Positions 24,482-32,281 of a DNA stretch of 39,681 bases are shown one piece after another. The DNA is taken from the IMG/VR virus record IMGVR_UViG_3300035002_000031, positions 1 through 39,681 of that record. The stretch is one strand, 5' to 3'. Under the pieces are notes generated by a model. That model was not told the origin of the DNA. It worked only from the letters and a program-made list of their open reading frames with translations, and searched no databases. The translations under genes were made by a program, and so were the position numbers. This stretch comes from a virus. Taxonomy: Duplodnaviria; Caudoviricetes. Each line of letters begins with the position of its first letter. Within the stretch, counting starts at the first letter, position 1.

Positions 24482-25273
24482 TTACTCTGCCGCTTCGAGG
24501 CGCTGTTCACCGGCGAGGTCTTCGCCCTGCGTGGTGGCGTCGAAAACCGAACCCTGGTCCGGCTCGACCTCGACCGGCTTGCGCTGGCCCTTGAAGTCCT
24601 CGTCGTTGACGGCGACGAGCTGCACGGTGGACCCGCAGGCGTGGTGCAGCGCGGCGATGACCTCCCAGCTGCCCAGGAACTTCACCTGTGCCTCGACCTC
24701 GTTGTCCTTCTGCTTGTAGGTCTTCAGGCTGCCGACGATGGTCTGCCGACCACCGGCGGCCATCGTCTCGCAGGCCTGCTCGATGATGTAGCCGGCGAGG
24801 CGCTCGACCGAATGCAGGACGTCGCGCTTCTGCGCTTCGGTCATCTCGGCATAGGTGCGCGGCAGGTGCTTGATGATCTCGAGGAACTTGTCGCGGACGT
24901 CGCCCTTCAGCGTCGCCGCGGCGAACTCGATCGTGACGTCGGCGATCTTGTCGGACAGGAAGCCGCCGGCGTCGACCTCTTCGACCTCGGGTTTCTCGGT
25001 TTCGGCATTCATGGTAGAAATCCCTTCTCCACTGGGAATTGAAGGGGCGGCTGCAACCGCCCCTTTCTCTTTCGAGACTCGTGATTTGCGGGGCGGCGGC
25101 TTGATTGCGCCCAGCTCGCCGCGGGCTTCATCGGCGTCGACGAGCGCGGCCTCGGCTTCGGACAAGCCGGATTCGAAGCAGGCGTCGGCGCGCTCGACGC
25201 CCTCGCGCCGGAGCGCGACGTAGCGGCGCAGCTGCATCGAGCCGCCGCCGTCGGGGGTGTCTTCGGTGCTCAT
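24482..25273 (-). CDS. Hypothetical acidic protein (alternative start at 25012)
   Basis: ATG25273 overlaps the upstream stop; internal ATG25012 also has a GGAGAAGGG RBS-like sequence. Confidence 0.6.
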   Translation of the reverse strand: MSTEDTPDGGGSMQLRRYVALRREGVERADACFESGLSEAEAALVDADEARGELGAIKPPPRKSRVSKEKGAVAAAPSIPSGEGISTMNAETEKPEVEEVDAGGFLSDKIADVTIEFAAATLKGDVRDKFLEIIKHLPRTYAEMTEAQKRDVLHSVERLAGYIIEQACETMAAGGRQTIVGSLKTYKQKDNEVEAQVKFLGSWEVIAALHHACGSTVQLVAVNDEDFKGQRKPVEVEPDQGSVFDATTQGEDLAGEQRLEAAE

Positions 25274-25572
25274 GCCGCCCGCCGTTCGGCCTGGACCCGG
25301 AGCGACAGCGCGATCCAGCGCTCGACCAGCTCGGCGGTCTGCGCGGCATAGGTCGGGCGCATGTCGACGCTGCGCATGTCGTAGGTCATTTCTGGCGCGG
25401 CGCGCGGCCGGCTGCGGCGGGCATTGCGCTTGGGCAACCCAAGCGACTTGCCGCGCGCGTAGGCCGCCTCGACGTTCATGCCCATTTCGGCGGCGAGTTC
25501 GGGCAGCGGCATGTCGCTCGCCCACAGCTCCTTGAAGCGCGCGATGCGCTTCGGCGGCCATAGCTTGCTCAT
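25270..25572 (-). CDS. GcrA-like HTH regulator (N-terminal domain)
   Basis: LWPPKRIARFKELWASDMPLPELAAEMG...AAYARGKSLGL resembles the GcrA N-terminal pattern. Confidence 0.7.
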   Translation of the reverse strand: MSKLWPPKRIARFKELWASDMPLPELAAEMGMNVEAAYARGKSLGLPKRNARRSRPRAAPEMTYDMRSVDMRPTYAAQTAELVERWIALSLRVQAERRAA

Positions 25573-25754
25573 TGCGGGACTCCCGTCGCATGCAGCGTGA
25601 CGTCGCCGCCGGCGTCCTCGGGCAGGCGCGCGGCCGGGCTGTTCCGGTACAGGTCGGCGTCGAGCTGGGCGCGGTGCAGCGCAAGGCTGGCGGTGGCGTT
25701 CCGGCGCTTGGTCGCGGCGCCGCGGACATGGGGCTGGGACAGGGTGCGGGTCAT
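25569..25754 (-). CDS. Hypothetical protein (61 aa)
   Basis: Four-nt overlaps with both neighbours. Confidence 0.55.
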   Translation of the reverse strand: MTRTLSQPHVRGAATKRRNATASLALHRAQLDADLYRNSPAARLPEDAGGDVTLHATGVPQ

Positions 25755-26875
25755 GCAGCCTGCTTCCCGGCCTTGAGCGCCAGCAGCTCCTCGAAGCGGT
25801 CGACGACGAGGCGCGGCGACGAATAGCGATCCTCCTGCCCATGGCGGCGCAGGATTTCGCTGCGGGCGGTGACGATCGCCGCGGCCTCCTCCCAGGTCGG
25901 CACGCGCACCGGCCAGCCTTTGACGTAGCGCAGGCCCTCGGGCATGGCCGCCTCGATCTCACGGCGGCGGGCCGCGTCGACCTTGGCCCGCTCCAGATCG
26001 GCGGCGAGGCCGGGCGACAGTAGCGCCGGCGCCACATCGCCGAGCCAGCGCTCGGGCTGGAATGAGAAAGTCGACGACGCCTCCATGCCGACCAGGTGCA
26101 GGTACAGCTCGACGTTGCCCGCCGCCGAGGCCGCGGCCCGCAGATCGCGGATCGATGCCAGGACACAAAAGGCGCAGGACAGGCGCGAGCTGCCGTATTC
26201 GGTGTACGCCTCGTGCAGCGGCAGCTCGTTCTCCTGGTGGCAGGCGAACACGTCGTCGACCGGCCAATGGATGAGCGGATTCCACATCATCATGGACGTG
26301 CCGTGCTTGTTGCCCGGCTTGGCGAAGCGCGTGTCGGGCGCGCTGATTGGCGTCTTGCTGCGGCCCGTCGACTCCTCGCGGCGGATGCCGATCACCTGAA
26401 CGACCTGCTGCCCGCGATATCGGCGCGCCAGCTCGGGACCGATGACTTGCGCTTTCAGCTCAGCGGTGCAGAAGCGCTTGTTCGCCTGGCTCCACGGCCC
26501 GATGAGGTTGTACGTCTCCAGCGCAGCGTAGCGCGCGAGGGCGTTGCTGAACCGCACCTCCCAGCGCGCGACCATATCGCCGGCACCGCGCCGCACGACC
26601 AGTAGCTCCAGCCCGAGCTTCGACGAAACCGCCTCGACGACGCTAGCCGTCGACCGCCACTCGGCGCGGCCGAGATCGGCGTGAATAGCGATGCGCTTCT
26701 CGCGCGGGTGGCCGTGGGCGTCGAGCAGCGCCATGACGCTATGCCCGGCGACGGTTGAATCCTTCCCGCCCGAGAGGTTGATGACGATCACCGCCTGGTC
26801 GGCGATGGCCTTCATCACCGCCTCGTCGGTCGCGACTTCGCGGGGCGACGCAAAAAGCATGGGCTGCGCCGTCAC
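25751..26875 (-). CDS. PAPS-reductase-family (PP-loop, putative Fe-S) protein
   Basis: SGGKDS, RFCTAELK, GIRREES..R, NPLIHW, RLSCAFC; GTG26875 coupled to the upstream stop. Confidence 0.9.
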   Translation of the reverse strand: MTAQPMLFASPREVATDEAVMKAIADQAVIVINLSGGKDSTVAGHSVMALLDAHGHPREKRIAIHADLGRAEWRSTASVVEAVSSKLGLELLVVRRGAGDMVARWEVRFSNALARYAALETYNLIGPWSQANKRFCTAELKAQVIGPELARRYRGQQVVQVIGIRREESTGRSKTPISAPDTRFAKPGNKHGTSMMMWNPLIHWPVDDVFACHQENELPLHEAYTEYGSSRLSCAFCVLASIRDLRAAASAAGNVELYLHLVGMEASSTFSFQPERWLGDVAPALLSPGLAADLERAKVDAARRREIEAAMPEGLRYVKGWPVRVPTWEEAAAIVTARSEILRRHGQEDRYSSPRLVVDRFEELLALKAGKQAA

Positions 26876-27336
26876 GACCGCAGCGCCCGCGCTTCGTCGA
26901 CGATGGCGTTCAACTCCGGGAGCAGCGGCTCGAGGATGCCGGCCAGGAATAGCTTGTCGTTGTGGCACAGCTTGCCATCGCGAAGCCGTCGGACGATCGC
27001 TGCCAGCAGCTCGGACACACCGTCGGCCAGGTCGAACGGATCGCCGGCCTCGGCTTCGAGGTCGTGCGGTTCGACGCCGACGATGGCGAGCACCTCGGCG
27101 CGATAGGGCTTGTCGAGAACCTGCAGGGAACGGAGCAGCGGCACCGCGCCAAGCTCGGTGGTGCCGTTCTCCCAGCTGGCGACCGACTTGCGGTCCTCGC
27201 GCCCCAGCAGCTCGGCGAGCGTCTGCTGTGAGCACTGGGTCCGGACGCGGTACGCCATCATTGCGGCGCCGATCCGAGTGAGGATCGTGTCGGACACCAA
27301 CGGCGCGCGACGGTTCGGGACAGTTCCCGCGCTCAT
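26872..27336 (-). CDS. HTH regulator at the CII position
   Basis: XRE-like SQQTLAELLG..RKSVASWENG; C-terminal DGKLCHNDK; AAGGA RBS; downstream of cro. Confidence 0.75.
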   Translation of the reverse strand: MSAGTVPNRRAPLVSDTILTRIGAAMMAYRVRTQCSQQTLAELLGREDRKSVASWENGTTELGAVPLLRSLQVLDKPYRAEVLAIVGVEPHDLEAEAGDPFDLADGVSELLAAIVRRLRDGKLCHNDKLFLAGILEPLLPELNAIVDEARALRS

Positions 27337-27607
27337 AGGGCATCCTTTTCGCCATGATGACGAACCATGAGCGCACGACGGGACCGCGGGGGCATTGCAG
27401 CCCCGTCGTGCGCATCGCCGCCCCGGGAGGGGGTGGGGCGACGAATGGAAAAAGTGACCCGGTTCGCTCCTTCGCCGACTGCAATCCCACGCTGACTGCG
27501 CGCCTCGGCGTTGACCGGCAGGGCCGGCAGGTAGCGCGTTCGCACCGCCCGGGTCGGGTCGGCGCTGAAAGGTGGCGCGCAGAAGTGGTGTTGCCCCCGG
27601 GACGGCA

Positions 27608-27802
27608 TCAGTCGTCCTCGTCCATCGGGGATGAAAGCAGGCGGCTGAGGACAGCAGCACCACCGCCGATGAGGGTCATCCAGCCGCCGCAGAAACCGCG
27701 CGCCAGCTCATCCCAGGTGGCGGGGTTCAGCGACCACTGCCCGAACGCGAAGCCGAGGAAGACGATGGCGGCGGCTGAGGCGCCGACGAGGAGGGCGCGC
27801 AT
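27608..27802 (-). CDS. Small two-TM membrane protein
   Basis: Two hydrophobic segments and an acidic tail; starts right after the cro stop. Confidence 0.65.
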   Translation of the reverse strand: MRALLVGASAAAIVFLGFAFGQWSLNPATWDELARGFCGGWMTLIGGGAAVLSRLLSSPMDEDD

Positions 27803-28066
27803 CTATGCGGCCGCTTCGGCGGAGGGGCGCTGCGCGTCGGCGGTAACGCGCCGAGCCGCCTCCACCAGCGCCACGTCCGGGTTGAGGCTGGCAGCGGGGA
27901 TGCGTCCGCCCGACAGCTTCTCGATTTCGAGCGCGACCTTGACGGAACATCGGCCGCCGCGCTCAAGCTCGCTGGCGTAGCCCTTGCTGGAAAGTCCTAC
28001 CCGCTCGGCGAACGCTTCAAGCGTCAGCCCAAGCTCGGCGCGAAGTTCGGTGATGGTGGTTGCCAT
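27803..28066 (-). CDS. cro: Cro-like HTH regulator
   Basis: ITELRAELGLTLEAFAERVGLSSKGYASELERG...ALEIEKLSGGRI...LNPD; divergent from the repressor. Confidence 0.85.
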   Translation of the reverse strand: MATTITELRAELGLTLEAFAERVGLSSKGYASELERGGRCSVKVALEIEKLSGGRIPAASLNPDVALVEAARRVTADAQRPSAEAAA

Positions 28067-28072
28067 GCCGTT

Positions 28073-28160
28073 AAGTTCGCACATGGCAAACCTTTCAGCA
28101 AGTAGCAAAGTTCGCACCTGCCTACCCGACAAGCGCCGCCGTTTCTCGCACAATGCGAAC
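28073..28160. promoter_or_regulatory. OR-like operator region with cro promoter
   Basis: 17-bp sites at 28075-28091, 28110-28126 and 28144-28160 related to GTTCGCA-N3-TGCGAAC; minus strand TTGCTG-N17-GAACTT. Confidence 0.75.
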
Positions 28161-28496
28161 ATGGCTCAACGACGCGGAATCCCTAAGGGGCCGGTCAACT
28201 GGTTCCTGAAAGAATGGATGGACGCCCATGGCGTGCGTCAGACCGACATGCAGAAGCTGGCCGGATGGTCGAAGGCGACAGCGAGCCAGCTCTACAACGG
28301 CAAGCAGGACTATTCCCCGAAGGTGGTCAATGAGGCCGCGCTCGCCCTACAGGTGCGTCCCTATGAGCTTCTCATGCACCCCGACGACGCGATGGCGCTT
28401 CGGCGGCTGCGCGCCACCGCGCTGACGATCGCAAGGTCCGAGGGCAAGGACGCTCCAGCGATGTCAGATATGCCGCGGACCGGCACCGATGACTGA
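28161..28496 (+). CDS. CI-like repressor, XRE HTH only (111 aa)
   Basis: WFLKEWMDAHGVRQTDMQKLAGWSKATASQLYNGKQDY...ALQVRPYELLMHP; no S24 domain. Confidence 0.85.
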   Translation: MAQRRGIPKGPVNWFLKEWMDAHGVRQTDMQKLAGWSKATASQLYNGKQDYSPKVVNEAALALQVRPYELLMHPDDAMALRRLRATALTIARSEGKDAPAMSDMPRTGTDD

Positions 28497-28514
28497 CGCC
28501 GTTCGGAGGGGCTC

Positions 28515-28772
28515 GTGAACGGGAAGGACCGGGCCGCCGCGCTGGCGCGATTGTTGGACGGCGGCAGGCCCGTCGACCCGGCGGCGATATTGGTGTTGAT
28601 CTCGGAGGTCGTTGACGCCATGAGTTCTCAGGCGCGAGCCACGACTTATTCGTTCTACCGGGACGCCGAGAAGTTCGAGGAGGCGCAAGAAACGGCGCTG
28701 AAGCGGATACTGGCGCTTTACAACAAGATTGACGAGATGCTTTCCGTGTCCGGGGATCGCGATGCGGCCTAG
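28515..28772 (+). CDS. Hypothetical protein (85 aa), accessory gene after the repressor
   Basis: GGAGG RBS before GTG28515. Confidence 0.7.
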   Translation: MNGKDRAAALARLLDGGRPVDPAAILVLISEVVDAMSSQARATTYSFYRDAEKFEEAQETALKRILALYNKIDEMLSVSGDRDAA

Positions 28773-29175
28773 CCCCGCGTTCCAGCACTTGCTCGATCGG
28801 CTTGATACTGAGCAGTCACCTGCCTTGCCGCAGCTGGGCGCGCGGAGTAACATGATGGGCATGGACCCCGCGATTGTAGACGCCAAGATCGAGGCGGCCG
28901 AAGCCCGCGTCGATACGGAGTTCGCCAAGCTGCGTGGCGAACTCGACAAGCTTCCCGGGACATGGACGCTCGTTACCACTGTCATCGGTTCGGCAGTGAC
29001 CCTGTTCCTCGCAATCATTGCCGTGCTCGCGTTTGGCGGCGACCGCTTCGACGGCGGCTTGGGGTTGGCCGCCATGCAGCGCGAGCAGATCGAGCGCGAT
29101 GCCCGGCAGGATGCGTTGATCGTCGAGGTGAACGAGAAGCTGGACGTGCTTCTGGAGCGCACCAAGACCGAATAG
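28762..29175 (+). CDS. Single-TM coiled-coil membrane protein (start uncertain, may be near 28852-28861)
   Basis: TM WTLVTTVIGSAVTLFLAIIAVLAF between heptad-rich segments. Confidence 0.7.
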   Translation: MRPSPAFQHLLDRLDTEQSPALPQLGARSNMMGMDPAIVDAKIEAAEARVDTEFAKLRGELDKLPGTWTLVTTVIGSAVTLFLAIIAVLAFGGDRFDGGLGLAAMQREQIERDARQDALIVEVNEKLDVLLERTKTE

Positions 29176-29355
29176 ACTGACTCGGCTCCCGCCGCCACCC
29201 AGGCGCCTTCCCCGATCTTCTCCGCATCCGCCCGCGCTTCCTTCTCGGTAGCGCGCAGCCTGCCGGCCGGGTTTGCCCCGCGCACCGCCACCCACCCTTT
29301 GGGCTCCGGCTTCATCCCGCCATGCGAGCGGGTTTGCAGCGGCGCGCCAATGCGG

Positions 29356-29408
29356 GTTTGGGAAGTGCGAACAATTCGTTTGACCTGTCGTTCTTGATGT
29401 GCGAACTT
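29356..29408 (+). promoter_or_regulatory. OL/PL-like operators and promoter of the early operon
   Basis: 17-bp sites at 29356-29372 and 29390-29406, both ending GTGCGAAC; TTGACC-N17-GAACTT at 29380-29408. Confidence 0.75.
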
Positions 29409-29482
29409 CTCCCTATCAGCCGCTCCCTGACCCCTGCCACTTAGGTCCACCCGCTACGGCAACCGGACCAAGGCGCGGGACG

Positions 29483-30298
29483 ATGCAGCGGCTGGCAACT
29501 GGGAGACCCGCCTTGATCGCCACCACCGCCGCAGAAGCCCGACAGCGCTACGAAAAGGCGCTTACCGAGGGCCGCCTCGTCCGCAATTCCTGGCAGTCGT
29601 CCGACGCTGACGGCCGCCACCTCGCCTGCGCCCTCGGCGTGATCGGCGACAAGGTCGAAAGCCCGAAGGACTGCCCCGCTTCCGTGATGCCGACGTGGCT
29701 GGCGCAAGCGGTGCCGGGCCTGTTCGACAACCAGCCCGAAGCGCAGGCCTTCGCATGGGGCCGCGATTTCTACGCAGCACTTGAGGCGCTGAACGGCGAC
29801 GTTCCGTTCACGGTCTATCACCGCTGGATGGCGGAATGCGTGCTGCCGCTCTCGCGCGCTTCGGCTGTGGCCCGCCCTCACGAGACGACAGACGCGGCGG
29901 TCGCCGCCGTCGATACGATGATCGGCCTGCATGCCCGCGCCGGCGCTGGCGATATACCGGGCGCCGAAGAGCGCGAGGCGGCACGGTCGGCGGCACGGTC
30001 GGCGGCAGAGTCGGCGGCATGGTCGGCGGCAGAGTCGGCGGCAGGGTCGGCGGCAGAGTCGGCGGCATGGTCGGCGGCACGGTCGGCGGCAGGGTCGGCG
30101 GCAGAGTCGGCGGCATGGTCGGCGGCACGGTCGGCGGCAGAGTCGGCGGCACGGTCGGCGGCAGAGTCGGCGGCACGGTCGGCGGCAGAGTCGGCGGCAC
30201 GGTCGGCGGCATGGTCGGCGGCATGGTCGGCGGCAGAGTCGGCGGCATACGCCGATCTGGCAGCCGGTATCGTCCGCATCATGCGCGAGGCCGCGTGA
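29483..30298 (+). CDS. Early protein with SAA-x tetrapeptide array (start uncertain)
   Basis: Globular N-terminus, 22 SAA-x units, short C-terminal helix; TGATG coupling downstream. Confidence 0.8.
   Translation: MQRLATGRPALIATTAAEARQRYEKALTEGRLVRNSWQSSDADGRHLACALGVIGDKVESPKDCPASVMPTWLAQAVPGLFDNQPEAQAFAWGRDFYAALEALNGDVPFTVYHRWMAECVLPLSRASAVARPHETTDAAVAAVDTMIGLHARAGAGDIPGAEEREAARSAARSAAESAAWSAAESAAGSAAESAAWSAARSAAGSAAESAAWSAARSAAESAARSAAESAARSAAESAARSAAWSAAWSAAESAAYADLAAGIVRIMREAA
29987..30250 (+). repeat. 12-nt tandem array TCGGCGGCA-NNN x22
   Basis: Invariant 9-mer; variable codons read R,E,W,E,G,E,W,R,G,E,W,R,E,R,E,R,E,R,W,W,E,Y. Confidence 0.98.
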
Positions 30299-30603
30299 TG
30301 CAACCCGCCACCCTAAACGCCCCGCGCGCCGCGACACTCGCCGACCTCGGCAAAGGCGACGCCGTGTTCGTCCTGATGCAGATCGGCAAGCGCACCAACG
30401 CCAGCCTCGGCACCGTGGTCGAGCGTACCGACGCCGCGCTGATCGTCCAGCCCGAGCCGACGAACCCGGTTCCGGGCCAGAGCGGCGGCCCGACGCGCTT
30501 CGACCTGCAGGGCCGGTACCTCGGCCAGATCAGGGGCTTGGCGGTCGCCACGACGCTGCCGGAAGGGGCGCGCCGGATCGGCTCGCTGGGGGTGGCGTCG
30601 TGA
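30298..30603 (+). CDS. Hypothetical protein (101 aa)
   Basis: Coupled start; GAGG RBS. Confidence 0.7.
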   Translation: MQPATLNAPRAATLADLGKGDAVFVLMQIGKRTNASLGTVVERTDAALIVQPEPTNPVPGQSGGPTRFDLQGRYLGQIRGLAVATTLPEGARRIGSLGVAS

Positions 30604-31199
30604 GCGTGGCAGATCGGCCTTGGCAGCCGTGGGAGCGCAACTTCTCCGGCGGGCGCGTCGGGGTCCGGCAGCAGCAGGGCGCGGATGAGACGTGGACCGT
30701 GCTGCATGTCGAGAGCGGAGGCGCGATCACCACGACCAGCCTTCGTGACCATGAGGCGTGGGCGCTGGCGCTGCTGCTTTCGCCGCGCCTGAACGCTCGG
30801 CTCGATGAGTTGTTTAAGAACTGGCGCGCGGCGGCCGATGCCAATCACGCACTCACCTACCGCCACACGGATACGGAGCTGCTTCGTGCCATCGCGGACG
30901 AGCGGGACTGTGGCCCCTACTGCAGGCGGCAGGGCGGCTACGCGCATTGCCCGATGATCGATCGTGGAGAGTGCGGCTTTTCCGATGCTGAGCAGCTTCG
31001 CGATCTCGCGAAAGGTATCGACCTCGCCAACGCAACCCTGCTCGCAGATGTGCTTCGAGCCGTCGATAGCTGCGGCGGCACGCACGCGGCTGGCGAGGAG
31101 GCGTTCGGCCGGGGCTACGACGCCGCACTGGTCGCTGTCGAGGCCGAGCTTCGCAAGCTGCTGACGCGGCCCACTGCGGCCACCGGAGCGTCCTCATGA
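30600..31199 (+). CDS. Hypothetical protein with Cys cluster (199 aa)
   Basis: GTGA/ATGA overlaps; DCGPYC...HC...EC. Confidence 0.7.
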   Translation: MSVADRPWQPWERNFSGGRVGVRQQQGADETWTVLHVESGGAITTTSLRDHEAWALALLLSPRLNARLDELFKNWRAAADANHALTYRHTDTELLRAIADERDCGPYCRRQGGYAHCPMIDRGECGFSDAEQLRDLAKGIDLANATLLADVLRAVDSCGGTHAAGEEAFGRGYDAALVAVEAELRKLLTRPTAATGASS

Positions 31200-31420
31200 A
31201 CGCCCCCTTCAACACCCCCCAGGCGCTCGCCACCGAGCTGCTGCGCGTCGACCAGGCCCGCCGCCGAGCTCTGCGCTCAGTCCCGCCCGGCTTCTACGTC
31301 GTCACCCGCGACGACGGCTCCAGCTATGCGCGCCCGACGCTCGCGACACTGGCGCGGCTCGGCGACGACGCTTTCGACGGCACGCAGATGCGCGTGATCG
31401 AGATGGGGAGGCCGTCATGA
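31196..31420 (+). CDS. Hypothetical protein (74 aa)
   Basis: GGAG RBS; coupled overlaps. Confidence 0.65.
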   Translation: MNAPFNTPQALATELLRVDQARRRALRSVPPGFYVVTRDDGSSYARPTLATLARLGDDAFDGTQMRVIEMGRPS

Positions 31421-31623
31421 TCCGCAGAGAGGGCGGCCGCAACGGCACCGTCGAGTTTCACTGCGACGACTGCAGCGAGAGCCTCGCCACGCACCAGGAC
31501 GACTTCGGCAAGGCGCTGGCAGCAGCACGCGCCGACGGCTGGGCGATCACGAAGGTCGGCAACGACTGGGTCCACACCTGCGGCAGCTGTGCCGAGGATC
31601 ATCGGATCGCCGCTCGTGGGTAG
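31417..31623 (+). CDS. Small Zn-ribbon protein
   Basis: CDDC...GW...HTCGSC; GGAGG RBS. Confidence 0.75.
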   Translation: MIRREGGRNGTVEFHCDDCSESLATHQDDFGKALAAARADGWAITKVGNDWVHTCGSCAEDHRIAARG

Positions 31624-31714
31624 GCTCCTGTCCCTCGCCGCCGACCTCGCCGGCTGGCTGGCCATCATCGCGCTGTGCGTCGTGCTGGCGCTCATTCTGG
31701 AAGGGGTTCGCTGA
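31616..31714 (+). CDS. Single-TM micropeptide (32 aa); not in the ORF track
   Basis: MGRLLSLAADLAGWLAIIALCVVLALILEGVR*; fills the gap between neighbours. Confidence 0.5.
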   Translation: MGRLLSLAADLAGWLAIIALCVVLALILEGVR

Positions 31715-31715
31715 G

Positions 31716-32012
31716 ATGGGCCGCCCTTGCCCTTTGTGCCGCGAGCCGCGCGCGGTCGCGTTCTATCGCGGCGTCGAACAGGCCCGCTGCGGCAAGTGCG
31801 ACACCGATTATCGATCGGGCGTCGAGAAGCGCCGCGACGCCGTGCTGGAGAAGTATGGCGCCGATCCCGCCGCCTACACCCCGGCGGTTCTGAAAGAGCT
31901 TGCCGCCGACGGACTGTTCGATGGCGCCACCGCCTTCTGCCCGGCCGGTCGGCTGACCCTTGCCGAAACGCTGGCCCGCGAACGCGCCGGCCTCACCACG
32001 GAGACCCGCTGA
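31716..32012 (+). CDS. Zn-finger-containing hypothetical protein
   Basis: CPLC...CGKC. Confidence 0.7.
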   Translation: MGRPCPLCREPRAVAFYRGVEQARCGKCDTDYRSGVEKRRDAVLEKYGADPAAYTPAVLKELAADGLFDGATAFCPAGRLTLAETLARERAGLTTETR

Positions 32013-32013
32013 C

Positions 32014-32235
32014 ATGGCCACCATGACCCGCCACAGCTCCGGCCTGCCCGCCGAGATCGACCCGCTCAACACGCGCCCGCAGCTGCCGAGCCGCTGGCAG
32101 GAGCTGCGCGAGATCGCCGACACCCGCCCCGAGCCCGCGATCGAGGACCGCGCCCTCGCGGTGCAGGCGCGGCTGCTGATCGGTGCCGTGCTGGCGGTGG
32201 GCGTGCTGCTGATGTGGCTGCTCGGCAATGGGTAG
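32014..32235 (+). CDS. Small tail-anchored membrane protein
   Basis: C-terminal LLIGAVLAVGVLLMWLL; GGAG RBS. Confidence 0.6.
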   Translation: MATMTRHSSGLPAEIDPLNTRPQLPSRWQELREIADTRPEPAIEDRALAVQARLLIGAVLAVGVLLMWLLGNG

Positions 32236-32281
32236 CCCCCACGCATCCCCGAAAATCAATCATCCTCAGGAAGGTGAAACC

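Noticed and set aside
25751-26875. Complete Dnd/Ssp phosphorothioation or sulfur-assimilation system
   Set aside because: Only one PAPS-reductase-family gene is present; no desulfurase, DndD/E or cys genes.
28464-29450. 328-aa minus-strand ORF across the immunity accessory region
   Set aside because: Antisense to two credible plus-strand genes and crosses the OL operators; no recognisable domain.
29987-30250. 12-nt arrays (also 35140-35391) as CRISPR arrays
   Set aside because: Units are 12 nt with 3-nt variable parts, lie in frame in coding genes, and there are no cas genes.
29441-30337. Alternative-frame repeat ORFs (CRRP, PPTL, GGRV; also PKLR and GRSL at 34867-35959)
   Set aside because: A stop-free 12-nt repeat opens all frames; only the SAA-x and SQL-x frames have credible flanking domains and operon context.
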